DNA of 64,000 nt from the sequence record PV112478.1, one strand, 5' to 3'. Below the pieces are notes generated by a model. It had not been told where the DNA came from. It saw nothing but the letters and a program-made list of their open reading frames with translations, and did not search any database. The position numbers were made by a program, and so were the translations under genes. Shown here in pieces: positions 55,892 through 64,000 of the stretch (its first letter is position 1; the number at the start of each line of letters is the position of its first letter).

Positions 55892-58800
55892 TTAATTTTC
55901 TCCCGATTCGAAAAGCAACATTAACGTAGTAGAGTCGAAGTACTCGAGGTCTACATAACGAAAGGTTGTTTTACTGGTGATTTCTTCCACTCGTTCTTTC
56001 AAGGTTTCGTGGGTGAGAAAAAGATGACCAGCAATCTCACCGTGTTCAATAGAAGGAGCAGTAGTTTTCAATCCGCTGTCAATGACTTCCAATACGAGCT
56101 TCCTGGTCGAGTCCTTTAGGTATTCGATGTCAATAACCGTATCATCATCTTCATCGCATTGGACTTCGTCTAAAAGACCCTGATAAAAATAACTAAAGAT
56201 TAAAGGGAGTCGTACAAGGGAAGTAAGAACTTTTATTTTCATGTTCTTCAATCCTTAAACCAAGAGAATAACTTCCCGTGTACAGGAATAAGTTCTCAAG
56301 ATGATAACGTTTCTCTAATAGGAAGGGATGTACTTTCTCCATCTCACGGTAAAGTCGAGTATGGAGACAATCGTAGTTTTCCAGAATGATTTCCATGCCG
56401 TACTCGAGTAAACCAGGATCACTCGCAATAAAGAATCCTTTTAAGACCTCGGGGTGCATCGCCATTTTTTCCGGTTCCAAAATATCTTCGACAAAAAGCG
56501 ACGAAAGATCACGTGCTTTTATCCAGACATCTCTTGGCATATTATCTAGGAGCGTCGATAAACCGGAATAAAAAGACTGGCAGGGTAAAACAACCAACGT
56601 TGCATTTTTGTTTTTCACCATACCTCCCGACTAAGGTCCTCCACTACAAATGAGATTGCGTTGTTTCGTAAGAGTACGTCGCCGATATCGATATCTTCGT
56701 GATATCGGAGTTGACTCCTCTCGAAGGACAACAGTAAATCGGTCGCAATCACTTCAGCCATATCTTCAATGTAACAAAGCAATCGGTGTCGAGTACCCCT
56801 ATCTAACCGTAACTGATCGCTGGGATCATCTGCATCAGGGACAAAGAAAAGATCAATCGTGTCATCGAGTCTTTCCGATGCCTCCTGCTGACCGAAGTGC
56901 TTAACGTCCAATACATAAGCGATGGTACAGCCGATAAAGTCAGTCACTTCAAAACGAATTTTGTTTCGGGGAATATAACGATTAAACCCATCGATATATC
57001 GACTGAAGAAAAGGTGGAAGTTTGACGTTGGCCAATCCTTCACCGTAAAGATTAAGATGGTACGAAAGAAACGGGACATTAAGATCCTCTGCGAACAGTC
57101 AGTTGGAAGGCGATGCCGTGGTGGCGTAATTCTACAAAATCAATACGGGGGGAACGTGAAAAGTTACTTCGTATCTCCCGTCGATAATCACGATAAAACG
57201 AGACGAAGAGTTCTTCCGCTGTCTCTATCAACTCTTCCGTTGTAACATCCGGCATCTTAGCGTGCGGATACGAACGTAAGAAATTCTCGATTTCAACTCT
57301 GATACGCCGCGTACCTGATGACGATAGATTTTCTTCGTCGGTGCCGATAATGAAGTCGAATATCATTTGCAGAACAAGTCGGCGATAGAGTAAATCGCAA
57401 TACATCAGTTCGTGCAGTATGGCAGCGGTTTCTCTTCGATAAGGCAAAACAAAAAGACGGGTCGTAGTTTCAGTCACTGACGGTAACATAGAGGTCTCCT
57501 CTAACGAATCTTACGTTTCTGATTTGATCAGGACTCAAAACGATATCTTTCATGGCTAAAGTCTTCCTTGATATCTTCGAGCCTAATAATTGAATATCGA
57601 TGTAGAATTTTCGCTCGAGTTCTTCTTTGAGCTTATCGTCCAGATGTTCCATTCCGTCGGAGCACAATAAGTTATCTAAGACCTTTTCCGCTTCTTCATT
57701 AGCCTTGAAAAAGAAGGGCATGGAGAAGGTTGTTTGGTAACGTGATAAAGAAAATAGAAAAGCCGGGAGAATAATCTCCCGGCTCTGTATTGAGTATAGG
57801 TTTTCTATTTTCTTTATTTCTGACGCGTCCCAATGCAGGTCATAGATGAAGGTTTGTAAATAATCTAATCGACCGTTGGTCACGTGAGATCTCCCATCCA
57901 TAATAGTCAATGATACGTTCTTCGCTTGTTTTTTCAAGAAACGTTTTGATTTCTTGTAGCGACAATTCCAGAAGTGCGTCAGTATCAGATAAATTTAGTT
58001 CAGGCGTAGAAAAAACAGAAAGAAGTCGTTGCTCCATCGTAGAGTAACCATAGATCAGTTTCTCCAGACTAAAGAGCAAAAGTAAACCATACGCCTCGCC
58101 AAACGTCACCGGCTCTAAAGTGTCAGAGAAAAAGCAACGGTAGATCTTCTCGAGGCGAGGCCGTAATAACGCGATGTCAATAATCTCTATTTTGTTCTTC
58201 AGATTGTTCTTCACGTTTTTCTCGTTGTATCCTTTCCCAATCCCGAATTCGCCAATCGCCAAGGTTCTCGACAATTAATGCGTTGTTTCTGACTTCGACC
58301 ACCACAATTTCATCCCAGAACCTATTTTTTCGTATCCCCATGTCACGAAAATATTCTACCGCGAACACGATAAAGATATCGATGACTTCGCGGTAGAGTT
58401 CTTGGGACGGCTCATCTACGATCTCTTCGTTGTACGGATTAAAACCAATAGGCTCTAACGTGTAACCTTTAAACCAACCACGAATAGCAGCATCGTCGTC
58501 CCAACATTCCCAAGGATATTTAGCGTCTTTATTGATGGCATTCCAAAAGAGACGGAGGGCAGTTTCCTTAAGATCTTCTACACGAAGGTTCTTGTCAGCG
58601 TACCGGTCGATAACACTGTGTTGGCGACGGACTGAATAGAGAATGGACGATAGTCGTCTGGCGAGATAATCAATATCAATAACATAACGCATAATAGAGA
58701 CCTTATCGATAAACAAGATAGGTACGTGAGTTCATCCGTTCCGTGTAGCATTCACCGTAAATACCGTATCGATCCCATTGAGAACGAAGATCGCTAAGGA

Positions 58801-59848
58801 TTTTTTCTAATACGCCTGTATTTTTCATTTTTTCAATTTCTTCCTGAAGAGACATGTAAAACGATAACTGGTCCCGATAATAAGGATCATCGGGAATCGT
58901 TTCAAAATCGCTTTCCAGCGGGTCAATGTTATTCGAGTAATAAATCTCAATGAACAGTTTGTTATAATCTTTGGTTTTTCCTTTTTCCCAGTGGTACGCG
59001 GTAGAAAGGAAAGCGTCTATAATTTGATCCCGCCAGAGACCCTTATAGCCATCGGTGAAGACTTTAAGCGCCGGGGGGATTTCGAAGAGATATTTTTGCA
59101 CTGCCATAAATCAGGATTCCTCTGACGAAACTCTTCATCATCTACCCAAACCATTAATGCGTTCCGTTGTATATCGAGCGATTCGATATGAAGCAGATTA
59201 ACCGGAAGTTTCAATGGTACGCCACCGTACTCCTTTTCCAATACCCTGGCTACTTGCCATATCTTTTCTGTCTCCCAACGGTCATTATCAGTAATTAAAT
59301 AATCAGGCGGAATCGTGTTATACGTCCGGTCTAACCAGTGGGCTAAAATCCTTAACCGATAGAACCGATCCATTGTCGGTGTCATATCGAGAAAATGCTT
59401 AATATCGATGACAATCAACATGGTCTTCAGTTCCCAGTGTAATTTCAAAATGATTGTGTTGGAAAGAAAAGTCGAGGACACGATAATGACGCGGGACACC
59501 TTCCAATTGAAAGAGCGCGGTGAGTTCCTTTTCTTTTTCATTAACCCGATTGAAGATCGTTTCGATCATTGCGTTAAAATCACGTTTATCTCTACCCGGT
59601 AACATTTTACTGGGTTCTACCTTATCGGTTAACAAATAGATCCCTTGCGCCCAATGCTTTCGTTCCCGGAAATGAAACCACGTCATCCAGGTCGCGTAGA
59701 AAATTTCTTTCACGGTGAAAATACCGTGATAGGGTGAATTAATCCAGTAAAAGATCTTTGGGATCTCGCCTTTAACTATCATGACGTCACCAGACTTCCT
59801 GTAAGTCATTCTAAGCCTCTTTTTACTGTCAGTAGTACTATCTATCAA
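55892..59848 (-). other. Run of ten small overlapping CDSs (55892-56251, 56193-56621, 56615-57079, 57079-57489, 57470-57937, 57840-58274, 58177-58716, 58703-59107, 59017-59541, 59399-59848); several true starts are internal
   Basis: Contiguous same-strand ORFs of similar size and composition. Confidence 0.7.
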
Positions 59849-59895
59849 ATAAATTGATAAACCCGTACAAAGCGATTACAGCTATGTTCAATAGG

Positions 59896-59905
59896 GTAAT
59901 ATATG
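59896..59905 (-). promoter_or_regulatory. Putative early promoter core (CATATATTAC-CCTATTG)
   Basis: Exact TATTAC core heading the small-gene run. Confidence 0.55.
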
Positions 59906-59940
59906 TCCTATTTCTTTTCCAACAAAACAAAATAAAAAAG

Positions 59941-59965
59941 ACGGAGCGGGAAAACCCCGCTCCGT
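59941..59965 (-). terminator. Terminator after phuZ
   Basis: ACGGAGCGGG-AAAAC-CCCGCTCCGT with T run. Confidence 0.7.
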
Positions 59966-60013
59966 TGATGATCTTAAATGATTGAAGCAGATAAAAGTCC
60001 TACATACTAACGA

Positions 60014-60982
60014 CTAGAGTTCCATCCCGTCGCCCTGAACATCGCCACGGATAAAGTTTTGTGCAGCCTTGGACTTCTTATCGCGTGCAGCGCGACGTTG
60101 TTCGTAATCGTCAAACGTTTGGCGAAGTTCCATTAAGATCTCATTCAGCCCATCTGTATGAATGACAAAATAAAGTGAATCTTCCCCTGTACGTTTACGG
60201 GTGCCGAACGTGTTATAGTCCGCTGGGATAGTACCGGCTACCGGCTTGTTGTCGCCGTAGAGTTCCGCAACTGAAATAGGTGCGTTAACGCTCACCGCGT
60301 CATCACGATCCTGGAAGACGTCAAGGAGACCGAGTTCCGGACTTACGCCTGCACCAAGAACGGGTTTCGCCCAGGTCAGTACGTCCGCAGAATCCAGTCC
60401 GTGATGTTTCCCGGAATAAAGATCCAGAACGGCGCGGATGGTAGCGATCATGATCGCATCGACTTCGGCGTTGCGCAGGTTGTTCTCATTGCTCTCGTAA
60501 CAGACGTTACAGAACTGATTGTTCTTGATCGCAATGTTACGCAGCGACGAAATGGTCTTCATGGTGTTTTCGGTAGTATTACCCGATTCTGTCGAACCGA
60601 CTAAAAAGACCAGCACCGCTTTATTCTGCGCATAAAGCGCTTCGATCAGTTTCGGACCAATGACCGAACCGCTGCCGCCGGAGGCGGAGAAGATCAGAAT
60701 GTTGAGATCGGACGGCTTCAGCTTAAAGAGAATGTCGCTGATGCTTCGGTTCGTGACGTCGTAGTTGGTTTTACGGATTTTCCCTGCGCCGTCTACGCCC
60801 TCGAGGAAATACCATTTGTCAGGGTCTTGAACAGACCGCTCGGAAACGTTGGAACGGCTACCGTCAACATACGCTTCTTTGACGTTAGCGAGCTCAGAAA
60901 GATCAGTACGCATGAGTTTAGTGAGGATGTCGATACCCGCACCACCTGCGCCGTAAATAGTTACTGTGTTATTCGATGACAT
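60014..60982 (-). CDS. phuZ: PhuZ phage tubulin
   Basis: YGAGGAG, GVDGAGK and tubulin signature SASGGSGS; short C-terminal tail. Confidence 0.93.
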   Translation of the reverse strand: MSSNNTVTIYGAGGAGIDILTKLMRTDLSELANVKEAYVDGSRSNVSERSVQDPDKWYFLEGVDGAGKIRKTNYDVTNRSISDILFKLKPSDLNILIFSASGGSGSVIGPKLIEALYAQNKAVLVFLVGSTESGNTTENTMKTISSLRNIAIKNNQFCNVCYESNENNLRNAEVDAIMIATIRAVLDLYSGKHHGLDSADVLTWAKPVLGAGVSPELGLLDVFQDRDDAVSVNAPISVAELYGDNKPVAGTIPADYNTFGTRKRTGEDSLYFVIHTDGLNEILMELRQTFDDYEQRRAARDKKSKAAQNFIRGDVQGDGMEL

Positions 60983-61068
60983 AATACGGTCGCTCCTTAT
61001 GTTGGACCAAAAGTCGTATCATAGTACTTTATAACAAGACGTAAAATAATCGATGGAGGATCTCAAAG

Positions 61069-61899
61069 ATGGTGTTACAGAAAGTGATTTCTGATATTCG
61101 TTTTATCATTCCTAAAGAGGTACTCGAAGTTGCCTTTTTAGGTGACGTCGGGTTGGAAAGAAAACGACCCGGTTCATTGGATTGGGAAATTCGTAACAAA
61201 GTGATCGACGCGAAAGTCAGACCCGATTGTAATTTACTGGGTGCGCTGGAAATGAACATTCCGCTGGCAAACGCAGAAGTAACTTACGATACCAGCGGTC
61301 TTTACCGCAACACGGTAAGAATTCCTAAGTCATTAACCGGCGGACGTTCTATCGTGCTCCCCACTTACTTTAACTATTACTACTACACCGGGGCGATCGG
61401 TCAAGTTGGTGGCTACATGGCCAACAACTACTCGAGCAACACGTGTGGTAACTCACCGTTAATGGCACAGGCCAGTCGAATCCTACAATCCTCCGCGAAC
61501 TCCGATGCTACCGGTACCGCGGCAGTAAGATTGATCGGTGAAAACACGGTAACGATTAACGACTATATCGGCTCGATTACACAAGGTTCATTGGTTTGTT
61601 TAGTGAGCCATGATTCCGAGATGAATTCTATCGGTCCCCGTGCAGTTCCACAGTTCTCCAAACTCTGTCAACTGGCTTGTAAAGCGTACATCTACAACAC
61701 GTTAAAAGTTAAGTTGAACGGCGGGTATCTTTCAGGTGGGACCGAACTGGGAGAGATCCAGAATGTCGTGGACAGCTACTCTGATGCTGCTGAACAGTAT
61801 TCTGAGTATTACGAGAACGAATGGCAGATGGTTCAGTTCAGTAACGACGATACACGTAACTCGTGGTATCTCCGTAATTTGATTGGCGGTGGCGCATAA
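61069..61899 (+). CDS. Conserved protein divergent from phuZ, probably virion structural
   Basis: 276-aa ORF, GGAGG RBS, TATG motif upstream. Confidence 0.7.
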   Translation: MVLQKVISDIRFIIPKEVLEVAFLGDVGLERKRPGSLDWEIRNKVIDAKVRPDCNLLGALEMNIPLANAEVTYDTSGLYRNTVRIPKSLTGGRSIVLPTYFNYYYYTGAIGQVGGYMANNYSSNTCGNSPLMAQASRILQSSANSDATGTAAVRLIGENTVTINDYIGSITQGSLVCLVSHDSEMNSIGPRAVPQFSKLCQLACKAYIYNTLKVKLNGGYLSGGTELGEIQNVVDSYSDAAEQYSEYYENEWQMVQFSNDDTRNSWYLRNLIGGGA

Positions 61900-61933
61900 C
61901 GGGTAGGAGGGGTAAACCCTCCTACCTCTATGT

Positions 61934-62755
61934 TTAGTGTAGTCGTAATACGACGCAACTGGCGTCGAGATCAATCGCAGTGACCCCTTCGTTTTCTTTA
62001 TCGGAGATAGCAAGGCGGTAAAAGTTGACCTCGTTCACTGCGCCCATTAATCGATCGCTGTAAACGGTTTCTTCAATCTCGGTTTTTCCGCTGGCAAACG
62101 TATAACCTTCGACCGTCCCGTAGCACATCGCAAGCATGGAACCGATAACGTAGTTCCATTCTGATTCCTGCCACGTTTCTCCCTGAAAGACAGAGAACAG
62201 GATTCTGGCGTTGGTTCTCTCTTCGATGAGTAAGAGCGCATCTTTACCAATGAAGTGCGGGTTATTCTGGTCAGCGTATTGATAGACCAACAAAGTTTTG
62301 CTGGTCTTGCTGTCCTTTATTTCAAAACCTTCTTCGATATTCCAAAAGATGAAATAATCTTCATTGTTCTTCGCCATCAGTTCGTAGAAATCTAAAATAC
62401 CGTCAGCGTCAAAGGTGGGCCTGGCGTACACTCCACCATTGACGTAAGGGAACGGTGAACCTTCGTTAAGTTCCTTTATCTGGAACACTGCAGCGACTAC
62501 CGCGTCGTCCGGTATCGCATCGACATCCGACAGCAACAAAGAAACTTCCAGTAACGATAGCGAAGGTGTCTCGGTTTCAGGGACGCCGGTAAACGATATC
62601 GCCCAAACCGTGTGACCACCGGTAGGGAACGTCATTGTGACGAGAATCGTCCCAATACCGATGTCACTCTTTTTAGGAAGCGGATGTATACTGACAGTAC
62701 CCTTCGATTTCTCTGATGTAGACAAGCCCACTGCATTTTCAACTACCGTCTCCAT
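61934..62755 (-). CDS. Hypothetical protein
   Basis: 273-aa ORF. Confidence 0.7.
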   Translation of the reverse strand: METVVENAVGLSTSEKSKGTVSIHPLPKKSDIGIGTILVTMTFPTGGHTVWAISFTGVPETETPSLSLLEVSLLLSDVDAIPDDAVVAAVFQIKELNEGSPFPYVNGGVYARPTFDADGILDFYELMAKNNEDYFIFWNIEEGFEIKDSKTSKTLLVYQYADQNNPHFIGKDALLLIEERTNARILFSVFQGETWQESEWNYVIGSMLAMCYGTVEGYTFASGKTEIEETVYSDRLMGAVNEVNFYRLAISDKENEGVTAIDLDASCVVLRLH

Positions 62756-62775
62756 TCCTACCCCCAGGTATAAAC

Positions 62776-63237
62776 TCAGTTTGTTTCTAATCTTTTAAAC
62801 ACAGCCGTATTTCTAACGCTATTAAAATATTGGAGCAACTGCGTCTTATCGGTAACAACAATGTTATACTTGTCTAAAATTTCCTGGAATAAAGCAGATA
62901 AGTTACCCAACTCATCAATGATTGGGATTTCGTTTAAGAGCCACCACCATCGCCCTTTGATCCGGGTGATTGCAGGCTGCCCCCAGACTAACCCTTTCAT
63001 CTCGAAATGATAATGCGAAGAAAGGTTCTCTTCTACCTGATTTAACAGGCTTCTAATCGGACCAGCTTCTTTACTCTTCCTGAGAATACGGTAAACAACG
63101 AGTGTTCCGTCAATGGCAACTACCACGCTATGTCGAATTGTCTTCGAGGAAAGCGAAAGGGTTAAAAGACAATCCGTGTCGTTCATTAAAGTGAGATCAA
63201 GAAGATGGCCATCGGTAAAACGAACTGTAGTACTCAT
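62776..63237 (-). CDS. Hypothetical protein
   Basis: 153-aa ORF, GGAGG RBS. Confidence 0.7.
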   Translation of the reverse strand: MSTTVRFTDGHLLDLTLMNDTDCLLTLSLSSKTIRHSVVVAIDGTLVVYRILRKSKEAGPIRSLLNQVEENLSSHYHFEMKGLVWGQPAITRIKGRWWWLLNEIPIIDELGNLSALFQEILDKYNIVVTDKTQLLQYFNSVRNTAVFKRLETN

Positions 63238-63267
63238 TCAACGCCTCCCGTGGCCAGTGTGTATTTA

Positions 63268-63885
63268 TTAGAGTAAATTCCAACGTTTTTCCATTAATTC
63301 GCTAATGCGATCTTTGATTCGCGGACTGGTGATCCATGGCGGGTTGATCAGTTCAGAAATGACAATCCCGAGATCAGGGAGTTTTTTCAACAGCGCCGTA
63401 ATCTGTCCGGTAGTGAATCCCTCTGGTGGCGTATTGATGTCGAGTTTACAATAGCGACCAAAGTCATTCTCTTCTTTATCGAAGTACCAGTCCAGTTCCC
63501 CAATTATCCCGTTACCCAGATCAATCAGTGAGCGTCTTTTTTGGTAGAGACGCTCGCCGAACGGTAATGCCATTTCATACTCTTCTGGTGTAATGACCTT
63601 TTCAAGTTCAATGCATCGAGATGTCTGAGTTTTAGCATCGTAAGGTAAACGATACTTCGTCGCCGCTTCATAAACCACTTGACCAGCAACGTCTTTGCTC
63701 TCGGAAAAAACTTCAGTTCGTCTAACCCGAACGGTAATGCGGGTATTGTTTGTTGTTAACGCATTCGTTTCTGATTGCGTTATTTGGTAATAGTCGCCTG
63801 TACTTTCTTTTAGTCTTCGGAAACTCGCCTCATCGACCTTAAAGAAAATGGCTACTTCATTTTCGTTACTCTTTTTATTACCCAT
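63268..63885 (-). CDS. CYTH-like (triphosphate tunnel) protein
   Basis: N-terminal ENE, VRVRR, K-ELE-QKRR and GELDWY pattern; ATG 63885 preferred. Confidence 0.6.
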   Translation of the reverse strand: MGNKKSNENEVAIFFKVDEASFRRLKESTGDYYQITQSETNALTTNNTRITVRVRRTEVFSESKDVAGQVVYEAATKYRLPYDAKTQTSRCIELEKVITPEEYEMALPFGERLYQKRRSLIDLGNGIIGELDWYFDKEENDFGRYCKLDINTPPEGFTTGQITALLKKLPDLGIVISELINPPWITSPRIKDRISELMEKRWNLL

Positions 63886-64000
63886 GAAGAAGCTCGTTAT
63901 TCTGTAGTTAATTTGGACGGTAGGGAACCACTGGTCATTTCGCCTACCTTGCATAAGTAACGTCCGAAGGCCAAAAAAGAAACAGAAAAAATAAAAAAAA

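Overview
A 64-kb segment of a nucleus-forming jumbo phage (phiKZ-like, Chimalliviridae), probably infecting an enterobacterium. The host call is an inference from the codon bias of the highly expressed genes and an ileX-like tRNA. The right half (31.8-61 kb, mostly minus strand) is the conserved nucleus/replication block: PhuZ tubulin, a run of about 10 small divergent proteins, the catalytic half of a split family-B DNA polymerase, chimallin, four non-virion RNA polymerase subunits, an SbcD-like nuclease, ChmC- and PicA-like proteins, and an SF2 helicase carrying a class-3 mini-intein. The left end (1-6.7 kb) holds the other polymerase half, a virion RNAP beta-prime piece and probable virion genes. 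Between them is a ~25-kb accessory region containing nine tRNAs, two tRNA-like RNAs with hairpin-expanded anticodon loops, two tandem circularly permuted (YrlA/Y-RNA-like) tRNA mimics directly behind a 255-aa gene, a DarG-like macrodomain, duplicated AAA+ ATPases, two GNATs, a TAXI-type binding protein, sigma-region-4-like HTH proteins and a frameshifted TOPRIM gene. No searches were run. Names of phiKZ-family core genes rest on motifs read by eye plus size and gene order.
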